Origin: Cenococcum geophilum | Lineage: Eukaryota | Length of the DNA stretch: 64,000 nucleotides | NCBI GenBank assembly: GCA_050273025.1 | Contig: CP158635.1 | Location: 19,530,001 to 19,594,000 of the forward strand | Direction of reading: 5' to 3' | Shown: positions 1-13,375 of the stretch, in pieces | Layout of the letters: the number at the start of each line of letters is the position of its first letter | Position numbering within the stretch: position 1 is the first letter of the stretch | The notes under the pieces: model-generated | Seen by the model: only the letters and a program-made list of their open reading frames with translations | What the model was told of the DNA's origin: nothing | The model's database searches: none | Translations under genes and position numbers: made by a program

Positions 1-255
1 TTTATAATACTAGCGCGTCCGTAGGCTTGTTACGGCAGCAGTGGTTCCCAAAAAGGTCAAACAGTAAAGTAGTAGAGCACTATAGGTGACTTATAGGCGC
101 TAAGTAGGCGAGTCCCAAAAGGCGGGGAGATAGATTATAGGGTTTTCTTATTTTTCTTAAATAGAGTTTTCTCCCTATATATAAATAAGGAGTAGTCCGC
201 GTAGGCCCAATAGGGATTTAAATCGGACGTTAAGCAATAAATTATTATTATTATT
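1..255 (+). mobile_element. 3' end of Tad1-like LINE, family A (copy A0), with (TTA)n tail
   Basis: Near-identical to the 3' end of full-length copy A3 (about 56325-56560): ...ggacgttaagcaataaattattattatt. Abuts Gypsy B sequence. Confidence 0.9.
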
Positions 256-3177
256 ATATAATACGCTAAATGCTTTAAGTTAACTTTTAGCTTATCTTTA
301 TTTATAAGTTTAAACCTCTATTTAGCTAATCTAAATACTAATTTATTATTTGCTGGTATTATAATTTACCTCTTACTTCTCTAGTCCTCTAATCTTTCTT
401 CTAGATTTCTTAATATTATAATTAATGCTCCTTTAATATAACTTATACGTTTTTCTATAATTACTTAGTCTTAAATAACTCTTTCGTCTAGCTATATATA
501 AAAGTCTTTTTAATTATTATTATATTACTATCTATACTACTTTTAGTACAGCTCCGTAAGCGTATATAACCTATCTATAAGGAAATATCTTATTATTACT
601 ACGTTGTTATAACCTTTAGTATATTAATCTTTAAATCTAGTTAAAACCTCTAGGTCCTCTTCTTATTCCAGTTCTTTAAGCTACTTTATTTTTAGCATAC
701 CTACTCTTAGCCTATTAGTAATCTTCTATATAGGTGCTCTAACCTTAAGTCTACCTGGTGTTTTTAACCCTTAGTAGCCTCTTTATTCTTACTACGCTTT
801 AATTTAATTCCTAAATTCTTTTTAGTTTCTCCTAGTCTATATCTAGCCCTAAGATCCTCTAAATCTATAAACCTTATAATTCTAGTATTAACTATTTAAC
901 CCTAAGGCTAAACACTTTATTTATCTATTATAGGTGTTTTAACTCCCTTTTAAGTCGTACCCCTACTTTAGTCTATTTAGGTCCTTATGCTCTTATTATT
1001 TCTTATTAAAAGTTTTAGGTTTTACTTACCTTATCTTAAGAATTTTATATTATTAGGAATTGTTATCCTATACTTACTTATATATCATTAAACTAAGCTA
1101 CTACTCTACTCTATTAATTTTTATTTATTATAGGTCCTTAAGCTTATCTTATCCTATCTTAGGAATCTTAAATATCTCTTATCTCTTTTTAAGAATTTTA
1201 AGCCTTTAGCTTTTTGCCTTTATTAAGTACTAAAGTAGTTTACTAACCTACTTCTCTTATATCTTATAAAGTAATAGATAGTATTTCTAATAGAGTCTTA
1301 ATCCCTATTACTAATTCTTCCTCTATAGTGGATTTAACTTCTACTTTTATTATAATATCTCTAAGGTCTATATACTTCTAGTAAGCTACCTTTATTACCT
1401 TATTATCGCTAAATATTTCACCTACGTTAAATTTATTGTCCTTAATATCCAATTTATAAGATAGTTTATTAATTCCTCTAAACTTTAATAATTTTAGCTC
1501 TTATAGCCAATAGCTTGCGCTATACTTAGCGTCTTTATAAATTTGGTATATATTATTATAATAAAACACAAAACTCTTAATTAAACACTCTTTAGTTCCT
1601 TATAGTACACTATTATCCCTTTATACGTGTATATTGTTTATTAGTTTAATTCCCTTTACCGCGTAATTACTCTAACCATCTTTATAATTTTTAGCAAAAT
1701 AACTTTATTTTCCGCAATTTATATAAGCTTCTTTTTTAAACTATTTTTCTTATTATAGAGTCCGCCTAAAAGTTTTCTACTATTAAGATCTCTGGTTTAG
1801 CCTCTACTTTTTAAACCTTTAATTACTTAATCCTTATCCTCTGGGTTTCTATAGTTGTTTACTTTTATACTCTTTAGTACTACTTAGGTCTATTAGCTTT
1901 AGTCCGCCATTTTATAGTTTCTAACTTAGTTAATATATGCTCTACGCCTTATATAACTATAGAACTTTATCTTAACCTTTCTTAGCCTATTTTTGTTGGT
2001 AGATCCTATTATTAATCTTAATTACTTAATCTACTAGTTCCCTAAGTATATCCGTGTCTTTTATTAAGATAATTACGTCCTAGACTTTTGCTTTAAGTCC
2101 CTATTTATACTATACCATAAGCGCCCTATTATTCCATTTAACCTATATAGCTAGTATTTAGAACTATATTATATACTTAATTACTAAGGTTTATTATACT
2201 AGGTTTTAAAGCTTTTTTTTTACTATAGTAGTTGCTTCTAAGTCCCTAAATATCTATATAAGTTATTCCGCGAATCCTCCCTAACTTAAGAATATAAACT
2301 TAACCTCTAGGTTAGTAGTTATACTTCCGTTCTCCTATATCTCTATAAAATAAGGTTTAAACTACTTAAGTACTCTTCCCGTTAGAAATAATCCTATATA
2401 GACTACTTAGTCTATTAATATAACAAGCTTTACACCTTCCTGTATTACCTTAAAACGTATTTATACTAAAAACCCTTTAAGCTTTAACTTCTTCCCTAAG
2501 AATCGCTTAACTAATAGTAACTTAACCTTTACTGCTCCGATGCCATTAATTCATTCCTTAAATATCCGGTTATTATCTATTAATTAATTAACTATTTTCT
2601 ATATTTAACCTACCGTGACTAGCTGCAAATCTATATCCTATATACTAGTGTCCCCACTTATCCCTAAAGTAATTACTACTATTAATAGCGTTATAACTAG
2701 TGCTTTTAGTAGCATGTTATTTAACTTTATTAATACCGTAACTAGGTAGTAAATGTATAATAAAGCCTTATAGGAAATACTACAGTAGACTCGCTAATAG
2801 GCTAGGTATATAGGTAAATAAGAAGTTAATAACGTAATAATAACTAGTAGAGTAGTTATCTAATAGATTAACTCTAATTATATTTTAAGATTTACTATAA
2901 AGGAGAGAACTATCTAGGTAGGGACTATAGTCCTTTAAATACATAATACTGCGCCTAAGAAATACTAAGTATATAGTACGTTAAACAATTTAAGTACGTA
3001 ACGTTCTAATAGATTTTACAGATTTTATATTCCAAACTTATAACGTAACTGGCTATATAACTTAGTTACCCCTTATCCCATAGTTTAACTAGTTTTAGTA
3101 CCTCCTGTACTTCTACTACTAGTCCGTTTATATCTCTTTTTAGTAGTTGTACTACTGCTAATATAAGGTTCGTAACA
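256..3177 (-). mobile_element. Ty3/Gypsy family B, copy B1: gag region and 5' LTR (2756-3177), RIP-degraded
   Basis: Collinear with 35220-38070. LTR termini tataataaagcc (RIP of TGTAACGAAGCC) and ggttcgtaaca. Gag zinc-knuckle relic near 1700-1740. Confidence 0.85.
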
Positions 3178-3739
3178 CTACAAGCTCTGCTTAGGGAGTT
3201 AAAACAGTAATTATTTTACTATTAGAGTTATTTAAGGGTCCTACAGCCACTTTACTAGCTACTGTGTTTTTTTAGCATAGTAGTAAAGGCATTAAATAAT
3301 TCCGGGCAATTTCTTTAAGAGTTTTAATCTATATATATTTAGTTTTTAGGGTTCTTTTTATATTCTCTTTATATTCCTTTTATATTCTTAGGGTTCTGTC
3401 CTATCCTTATAGTCCTAATAATATCCTTAAGGTCCTATTCTATATTATTGTCCTATTTATAATCTTATAGATATATTTAAGTTCCTTTTTAGGAAGAAAG
3501 AGTAATATAAGCTTTAGATAATGTTAGCGACTTAGTTAATTAAGGTATAAGAATAGTAAGAGGGACGTATAAGCCTATATAATTAGATTATCTATAAACG
3601 AGGATTTAAAGCTAAAGAAAGAAAAGGAGAAGAAAAGTAGCGCAGCTTAATATTTTATAAAATCTTCGCGTTATATAACCGCAAAGTTCTACTAAGTTCT
3701 GCTAACTAAGTTCTGCTATTTTCTACCAGTGCTGTAATA
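3178..3739 (-). mobile_element. Ty3/Gypsy family C, copy C1: 5' LTR (3522-3739) and gag start
   Basis: Reverse-complement match to 31329-31880. LTR ends tgttagcgac and gctgtaata. Confidence 0.8.
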
Positions 3740-4516
3740 ACTTTAACCCTAATCTACCCCTAATAGTAATTACTAACGCTTTTAACTATGCCTATAGTGG
3801 TATACTTCTATAGCCTTTTAGGTAGGGGAACTAACCCTATTAATATCTAATTACTTATTATAACTAAAAGCTTACTAGTCTAAAATTATAGTATAATATG
3901 CATAATAAGGAACTACTCGCTATAGTATAATACCTTAAGATATAGCGCTACTACCTTAAATACGCCGCGTACACTATAATTATAACAATCTTAGGTACTT
4001 TATAACTACTAAAAGCTTATCTATTTGCTAGGCCTAGTACGCTAAGGACTAGCTAAGTTTAATTTTAAGATTAAATATAAGCTAGGTAAAGTAAATCCCA
4101 CTAATATACTATTCTAGCGCCTGGATTATACTAACGGCTTTAAAGATAGTAGTAAGAGGATAGTCCTTAATACTATACCGCCTATATTATAGTAAAATTT
4201 ATAGGTTATAGGCTTTATAGGAGACCCTAGTGCTAATATACTAAACTAGTAAGTAGTCTGCGTATAGTATATAAATAACCCTTATAAATATGGCGCTGGT
4301 AGATTAAGGTGTCCTATTATTTACTTTAAGACCTCCTTAACTAACCTAATAGCATTTAACCTAAGAGAAAATCCCTTAACCTAGGTAATAGTCCCCTATA
4401 TATTATATATTACTTTACTAGCACCAACCTTATATAGAGCCTTATGCTATAGTAAAAGGTAGTAATATCTACCTTAGCTAAAACAGCGTTTATAAAATAC
4501 CTTTTTAAGTTATTAG
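3740..4516 (+). mobile_element. Gypsy pol fragment (RNase H and downstream), RIP-degraded
   Basis: De-RIP reading gives TDAS..A.SG, HDKELLAIV, DFKIEYKPGK.NP.D.LSRRPDY. Confidence 0.8.
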
Positions 4517-5088
4517 TATAATAAAGCCTTATAGAAAATATTACGGTAAACTTATTAATAGGCTAGGTATATAGATATAGAATAGTTAATAACGTGAATA
4601 TAACTAGTAGAGTAGGTTACCTAATAGATTAACTCTAATTATATTTTAGGATTTACTATAAAGAAAAGAACTATCTAGGTAGGGACTATAGTCCTTTAGA
4701 TATATAATACTACGCCTTAGAAAATATATTAAGTATATTAGTACGCTAGTGCGTTAGTATATCCTATATTCTTGTATTTCTATATTTTTATATTCTGAAC
4801 TTATAATATAACTAGCTATATAACTTAATTACCCTTTATTTTATAACTTAAATTAATTTTAGCGCCTTTTATAGGATCTTAACTAACCTATTTATATCTC
4901 TTTTTAGTAGTTATACTACTGCTAATATAAGGTCTATAATACTATCCTCTTTCTCTTTATCTTTATCCTTAAAGATATCTCTTATCTCTAAGTCGTATAT
5001 TAGAGGTATAGTATTCCTATCTTTAATTTAATAACCTTTATTATTTTTAATACCTTCTATTAGATCTTTATTCTTTAATTATAATAAC

Positions 5089-5269
5089 TGTTAGGAATAT
5101 AGGTAAGTTGCCGTCACGCGAGGCAAGTTACCGTCACGTATCGCCGCGGCACTAGCGTAGCGAGGAGCCCTAAGCTCCTCGCCCTTCCTTAAGTAAGAGG
5201 AATAGAGAATAATAATCATTATACTACCTACAACTTGTAGATACGTGATATTACCTTATATTACCAATA
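5089..5269 (+). repeat. Copia 5' LTR
   Basis: tgttaggaatat...ttaccaata, direct repeat of 16549-16729. Confidence 0.95.
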
Positions 5270-8098
5270 CTAATTAGTAGTTAACTTTACAGTTATACTA
5301 TAGAATAGCTAGGTATTCTACTAAGAAGAGACAAGCCACTATACCAGTGCTACTTATACTAGAGGAAGCTGTCTTTTAAGGTTAGAACTGGTCCTAAACC
5401 TTAAATAGAACTCTTCCATAAATCTAAGGATCTAAAAGGCTAGAACTAGTCTTAAGCCTTTCCCAGATTACAGATTCTTACGTCTATTACGCAGAATAAC
5501 ACGCCTTATAAGTCTTTACGATTTAAGGCTAGAACTAGTCCTAAGCCCTATGATTATAGATTCTTATTACAAACGCGTACTAAATAACAATCCCTATACT
5601 AATAATACTTCCCTTTTTTTTAAAAAATATGGCTACTCTAAACAACTAGAAAGACTCCTTACTACTAAGGGTAGCTAAGTACGTAAAACTTATTAATAAA
5701 GATTAGGACGAATTTACCTTTAATATAACAACTTATACCATAAAACAAGTTAATAGATTTCTTTTATACTATATTCTATTTTACTAAAGTAGATACTATA
5801 CCGATTTACAGCTATAGGAATATTTTAGGGAGGATTTTATAAGATGGACCGCCGACACCTGGGCACTTAGTAATATTAATATTATTTATAATTTTTAAGA
5901 CTTCCTCTATAGGAATAGGGTATATAATGCTAAAAACGGTAACCTAATTACTAGTAATATTTAGGCCGTTATTATTAGTATAGAAAAACCAGTATAGACG
6001 GAAGCTAAGATTATACGTTAACTATAGAAACTTAGAACTAACATATATTCTTTAGAAGGCAACTTTATTTTGGAACGAAACCCCTAGAACGCTAATCTCC
6101 TACCTAAAGGTGCTCTCCTACCTAGAGGTAATCTTCTACCTAGAGGTACTCTCCTACCTAGTGACACTCTTCCTTTACCTCCGCCGCCTCTAATTCCTTT
6201 ACTCTAGCTAACCGGTAAGCCTCTATTATAAGAAGTCACAAATCTAATAAAGGTATATTTAGATGAAGAGAAGAAGTTTAGAGGAAAACTGTATAATATA
6301 CTTGGAATAAAACTATAGGTCTTTTATAACTGCTACAGCAAGGTTAGAATTTAATGCTACTAGTTTTATTATGCTTTCTTAGTCATATTAAAGGGACGGG
6401 CGGCGATATTTTATTATGACTATATTATAGGTAGAAACTATAGCTTTAACTTAATACTTTAGCTTACTAAAGCCTATTTTAAAACTAATAAGAATCGCTA
6501 ACTTTATATATCTAAATGGCAGGAGACTGTATTTTAAAGAGTTATCGCTTCTAACTTAATAAAGACTTATTTAGAGTGCCTTTAACTACTTCTTAATAAA
6601 CTTTAGAAAATCTAATATGGCTTTACTAAAACTTACTAAAATAAAAACAGTCTAAGGGACTAGGTTATCTTAGCCTGCCGTAACGTTCCTAAGTGTAATT
6701 TGGCGCTATATAAACCTATAAATACGTTTAAAGGAGTATATGCCGAGCTACGCTCTACTATAGGTACTATAATATAAATATAAGAATTTTAATAGTTCTA
6801 TACTAAAAACCCTACCTAACTAAGTATTCCTAACTAATATAATTATAACTAGATTAACTAAATATATAGTGGCCGTAGTAGGGAATACAGTAAAGGGTAT
6901 AATTAACGTTAACTATAAGGCAATTGTAGAGGTCCTTATAGAGGTTTATTTTAAAGTAATTGCTAAAAAAAAGTGCTATATTTGTAAGAAACCGAATTAC
7001 TAGTTAACTAGGTATTCTCTTAATAAACAAAAGGAGGCATATAATAAGTTTTGCTAAAGTATAAAAAATATTAGAAATTATAAGGTTACTACGGCCTACT
7101 TTTAAAGCTTCCTAGTTTAATATAAAGGCGTAAAAGGTCTTGAGGGTAAGGTTAATAAGGCTAAACAGCTCCTTATAAATATAGAAATTAAGGACTACTT
7201 ACCTAACCAATACTTTACTAAGTATGGTAAGGTAGATAGTATATAAACTATTACTATTCTTAATAACTAATCTACGCTCCATTCTATTATAAAGTTAGAT
7301 ATCTTTAATAAGCTAAAGGAGAGCTCCGCGTTCTCCTTTAATAATAGATACTTAGCGAATATCTTCTATAGTATTATACTAGATACTAGAGCCGCAGGAG
7401 TATCTATAGTAGGAGAATCTTAAGTTTAAGCTCTCTAGTAGCTTAATAACTCTATTTAGATTAACTAATTAATAGTAGGCTAATATATAATTCGTTTTAG
7501 TAAAGGTACTATAATCTCTCTTAGCATAATTAAGGTCCAAACCCCCTTAGGATATATTACTTTCCACGTTATTTCCATAAACACTCTATTTTTATTCTAT
7601 ATTAGGGATATAAATAAATTAGGCGTTAAGCTTAATAACCTTAAGAATATACTTATGTAGGGAGATAACTAGGTGCCTATTATACGCAAGTAGAGTTACC
7701 CTTAGTTGCTTCTTTAATAACTAGAAAAGAGTATTACTTAAAGCTATTTAACTAAATTAGAGTTACGCCAACTATACTACCATTTTAGTTACCTATTAGT
7801 TTATTAATTATTTAGGGTTCTTTAGCAAGCAGGTTATAAAGTTAAGATTAAAGCAATTAAGCATTTTATAAAGTACTGCTATTACTACTAAATAAATTAG
7901 AAGTCCCCTGGCCGATTTAAGTTTACCCTTAAAAATAACTATAACTTTAACTTTTATATTATTGTTAACGTTATATATCTTAGCGGTAAGCTAGTACTCT
8001 AAGTTATTAACTTCTTAACCTCCTTCTAAGCCGTACGTTTCTTAAAGAATATATTAGCTAGAAATATATAGGATACCCTTTAATTATACTAAATTAAT

Positions 8099-11000
8099 AA
8101 TAATAAATTCAATTTACCGCCCGTCCTGGTCCCCCTAGTGGGTCCACGTAGGCTAATACCTTCTATAGGAAAAACTCTATTTTAGAGAAAACTCGATCGC
8201 GGGCCGCGCTGGAGAGACGACAGCGTTCCGATATCGGGATGTTGGCGACTCGCCTTCTACCTAGCTTAGAGTCTGCATATTAAGCTAACTAACCGCGCTT
8301 TACGGACGATCTTACACTACCCCTTTTTTCCTTATCTTTTAACCTATATTCTTTTACCTATATTCTTTTACTAGTCCTTTAAGCTTTAAAAGGGCTAGTA
8401 TCCCCTTATATCCTCTGCGTCTATTACCTTTATAGCCTAGAACTAGGCTAACGCACCTAACTATACTAGCCACTTTGCAGCCGCTTAGGCACTTCTTTTA
8501 TTACTTAAGACGTCTTAAAGGCGTTTAGAGGCACATTATGCTATAAGGTCCGCCCTTTAGTATTATAGACATTGGAATAGTATATGGTGTACTATCTACC
8601 TTATCTACCTACATTTGCACTATGGGAGAATTTCTGGTACTCTAATAGATGTAAGCTATGCGTTAAGCCCTATTACCTCTATATAAAGGAGAAATAGCGC
8701 TATAGCCTCTGCTTTTGTTAGATCTTTATATAATAGGATTATAGGTTTCCCCTATAGGGTCTTCTACGTGGTTTCTGTGCGGGTTTTAGCCTTTACCTAC
8801 TACTATCGGCGCTATTCTAGGTCTGCCTATTTCGCGATAAGGGTGGTTTCCCGCTAGTGGTGCTGGTGGCCTCCTATACGGTGGCGGCGCTCCGCCTACG
8901 CTCTACTAGTGTTCTCCTGGCTACGCTTATAGGGGTTTATTATATCTTCCTACTCTATATAATCCTTTTAGTATATAAGGAACCCCTATATTTTATTCTT
9001 ACGGTCCTTTATGCGGTCCCTAAGCACTTCTAGTAGTACTAGTGGCCGTTTTATTTTCTACTAGCGCTTTATTAATGTTTTCTAGATACCCTTAAGTACC
9101 TCTACTAATTCTTTTTCTACCCTATTAGAAGCTGTCTTAGCGGCTCTTTAGAGGGCTGTCGTTTTAATATAGAGTTGGATTAGGGGAATAGCCGCTTCCT
9201 TCTTAATTGCAGCTATTAGTGTTTGCCGGTATGCTCCTATAACCCTATAGAGGTATTAGTTCTAGACTTTCTATAGCGGTTTAAGCAAGCTTTTCGCTAG
9301 CATTCCGCTGTTATCCCGTACTCCCTATACTTAGGCGCTATATAGCATCGCTAGTTAGACGGTGGCTGTGTATAGGAGGCGCGAGCGGCGCATTAATGGG
9401 CCCTATATAGACGTAGTGATCCTTACTATTACTTTAAAGGCTGCTAACCCTTTAGTTGCTGCCTTCTTAATCTATTTTTTCTACTGTAGCTTAGGGTCTA
9501 CCTAAATCCCTAGGATTTGTATACTAGTTTTTTAGGGAGCTGTCTTATAGCTAGCGATGCGCATAGTAGACGCAAGGTTTGTGGTGGTGTGGTGCCGTTA
9601 CCTTATAAAGTGCATAAGCTAGTACTTTTTAGGGGCGAACGCCGCGCTATGTCGGTTTGCCTATATAGTATAGTAGTTATAGGCGGCTTCTAATTATTAA
9701 CAGTTCTCTGCCGTAGAGTCCCCCTAGGTAATAAGATTTGTGTTATTTATAAAGCTAAACCCTAGCATACCGCTGTCCGGACTCTAGAATTTCTCTAACA
9801 GTTTTAATATAAAAAAGAGAAATAGAATTGGCGATAAGGGAGACCCTTAGGGGATGCCTATCTGTATTTAGATCTAATTACTCTTATATCCTGTAAACTT
9901 AATACGGGTCTTATGTACTATTAGGAAGCTTTATATAAAGTCTATAAGCCACTTTAAAAAGCCTTTTCTTTTTAGAATATAGAGGAGCCTTTTATAGGAT
10001 ATGTTGTTAAATGCCCCTGCTAAGTCTAGGCTTAGCATTAACACTACGCACCTACGGCGCGTTTACCACGCTATTTGTATATAAGAGCTAAGTAGTCCTA
10101 CTACTAATAGTATAGATTGCTTGCGCCTTACTCCTATCTAGTTCTAAGGGAGTAGGCTATACTCTTCCGCTACTTCTAATATAATATTAGCTACGTGCTT
10201 TTCTAGGACTTTTGCTAGCGTGTTTTTAAGGGCAATTAGTTTATAGCTGCCTGGAAGAGAGTAGTTTTTCTTTCCTTCCTTATATAATACTATAGTTATA
10301 GATTCTTTAAGACTTTCTGGTATTGTTTTATTAGTAAAGTAGTAGCTAGCTACTTTTGCTAAGTCTTTTATAATAACTGGGGCAACTGCTTTAAGAACTT
10401 TATTTAGTATGCCGTCTAGCCCTAGGGCTTTTCTATTTAAAAGGCTTCTAATTAGCTTGTTAATTTCTTCTGTTAAGATAGTAGGGCTAATGTTAAGTAC
10501 TCTTTGTTCTATTATTATCTCTATCTTAATATTGCTAAGGTCCGCTATTCTAGTCTTAGGAAAGAATTTGGCTATAAGGATGTCTGCTTTTATAGTATTA
10601 TTATTTATTAAGGGGTCCTTAATAAACCTCCTAAGGTCTGGTAAATAGGGGTCCGCCTTCGCTATGCTTGCTTTTTTGCTCCATTTTAATAGGATCTAGA
10701 GTCCTTTATTATAGGGTTTTAATTAATCCTTAGTAAGTTTATAAGTAAAGCGCCTCTAGTTGTTATAACTAACCCTCCTAGTTTCTTTTTAGAGTTAGTT
10801 GCTTAGTGCTAGGTATCTTTACAGGTCCTAGGGGTTGTTATAGTCCTAGTACTGTTGCCGCGCCTAGTAGGCGCTGGTGTGGAGCTATATAGTATATAGT
10901 AACTATTCTTAGCGGGTTTACTAGCTAGGTTATGCTTATAAGCAGTGTTCTTTAAGTGCTTGTTTAATCCCTTCCTAAAGGGCTTAAAGGGGGTCTTTAG

Positions 11001-13375
11001 ATATGGCCCAGTTGAGCCCCTAGATGCTTTAGAGGAGGCCCTATAAGTCTAGTTTTTTAAGGGTAAGGTACTGGCGTTCCGCTAGCGGATAGCCGGCGTT
11101 ATTAATTTGGATGCGGATAGGTATATAGTCCCTTATAAGGGCCTATTCCTTAACTATACTATAGAAGTTAACTCTTCTATATAGATTTAGGGATATAAAT
11201 GTAAGGTTAATTATATTTTCCTATTGCCCTCTTTTCTATATAGGCTCTCCTTTAGGTATAGCGAGTATAAGACCTCTAGCTTTGGTTTCGGCTAGTAGGC
11301 GTTCCGCCTATTCTTCGCTAGCTATATACTTTCCGCCCTATATTGGGTGGTAGGTATTAAAGTCGCCTAAGAGTATAATTTCTCCCTTGGCTTCCTTAAT
11401 GGCCGTTTTAACCTCCGGCTATATCCTAATCTAAGGGCCGTCTTTACGCGGGTTATAGATGTTAATAATTATGGTCTCTAGCCCCTCTAGGCGTACCCAA
11501 AGGGCTATAGTAAAGGGGCCGTATTATCTGCGCTTCTAATATACGGTATTTATATTCCGGCTAACTATAAAGCAGACCTTTATTATAGGGAGGGCGTTAT
11601 ACGTAAGTGTGAATCCCCTAGGGCAGTATATTAATTTAGTGTACCTATTATATGCTAGCTTCTAGACTATAAGGACCTAGTGGTCCGCTAGCGTAACATT
11701 ATTAAAGAAGGGGCGATACGCCCCTTAGTTTGTATTTCCGTAGTTATACTAGATAATTATATACTTACTTATTTAGGGTAGGTATGGGCTTATCTATATC
11801 TATATCCTACTCCTCTTTATTTTCGCTAGTTACTATTATTGCTCTATTAGCATATAGCCGGAGCCTTAATTATAATCTGTCTCTACTTACTTTATTAATA
11901 AAAGATGGTTTGCCTGGTCCCTATTTAAGTGGTTATTTTTAGGTCCCTAATAGTTCTTATCCTTTTTTTTTATTAGTAATAATTGTGAAGTTTCCTAGTA
12001 TTAGGGGTGGGTGTGATGTTATTTCTATAGCTTCTTATATGCGGAGCGACTGCGTTAAGAGGGCCATTCTTTTTATTTGGATGCCCTTAAGGTAGCTCTA
12101 GAAAGTCCTATACTCCTTTCTTTGCTATACTTTATAGGCTTTACCGTAATTAATATAGGATACCCTTTCTTTAGGGCAATTTGTAGTACTATATAGTCCT
12201 ATATATTATCCGCATTTTATTTGTTTTTTATATACGCTTTACGTATATCCCTATTAATTATATTAGTAGCATTACTTTATAATTAGGCTATTTTTAAATA
12301 GCCTAGTCTTAAAAAGCTAAGATTTAATTACTATCCCGCTTTTTATAATTTTATGCTAAATTGCTTAGGTTAGGACGCTAATTATAAGTGTTTCTCTAGT
12401 CTTCTTAAGTTCTCTTTAGGCACTGCTAGGGCTTGCCTAGCGTTTCGCCTGTGCTTTAGGGTTGTGTAGCCATTAGACCTAGCTAATAGCTACTCTAGGC
12501 ATAAGGCGCTTTATAGCTTCGCAGATAGATTAGGTTAATTCTAAGTTATCTATATTCCTTCTACTGTTAATTGGGGTTTTAAGTGGGACCCTAGGTACTT
12601 TTAGAAGGTAGTCTTTTTTTAGTATTTTAAGTCCTAGCGTGTCTAGTCTGTTTAAAATTTAATCCTTTATTATTTAGGAGGGGACGTAAATATTTATATC
12701 CCTACTATTAAGGGTGCATACGGCGTATGCGCTTAGTATTATTCTCTAAATATTCTTAAGAAGCTCCCCTGGTTTGTGGCCCTAGGGCTCTTTAAGCCGG
12801 ACGGGTACGGTCGCTCTCTGTAGTGCTGCGACTGCGTTTACTATGCGGGCCGCCTACGCAGCGACGGCTGCCTAAGTCTGGCCCTGTACCAAAGGAACTC
12901 CTAAACCTAGGGGTCCTCCTTTATACGTTTCCTTTTGGATTTTTATAATGCTAGCTTTAATCCAGTTAAGCTAGGCCTTAATCTCCTTCTCTTAGGTTAT
13001 CTAACGCGTTAAGAGGGTTTTAACACGTTATATTACCTCTTAAACAGCAGTAAGTATCTAGTGTCGTAGGGTTTCTTTCTCCTCTTTTATAAGATTATCT
13101 TTAATTTATCTAAGTGTTTCCTTTAATTTTTACTATTACTGGTTAAGCTAGCAGCTGTCCTTTCCGTGTTGTTACCCATCTAGTTTATAGTTTAGCTCCC
13201 TCGCGTTACAATTTTTGTAACTTTAGCGGGAAGCTTGCGCCCCTCCGTTGTCCCCTATGCTTTGCAGCTAGGGGCGACGTGGTTTTATGGGGTCTCTTGG
13301 TGCGGGGAATAGGATTCCGATATCGGATTGCTTTATTAAGTAGTTTTTAGGCTGGTTTCGCTGCTATTGCGGCTC
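8099..13375 (-). mobile_element. Full-length Tad1-like LINE (LINE family B) inserted in the Copia integrase
   Basis: TSD ttata[c/t]taaattaat (8084-8098, 13376-13390). Short (TTA) tail. ORF2 endonuclease start IIQYNCGN near 11760. RT motifs QGSPLSPILFLFF near 9830 and FVDD near 9750. ORF1 has CCHC knuckle relics. Confidence 0.93.

Noticed and set aside
4517..4941. Solo LTR
   Set aside because: No TSD, and it is followed by a PPT and internal sequence, so it is the 3' LTR of B2.
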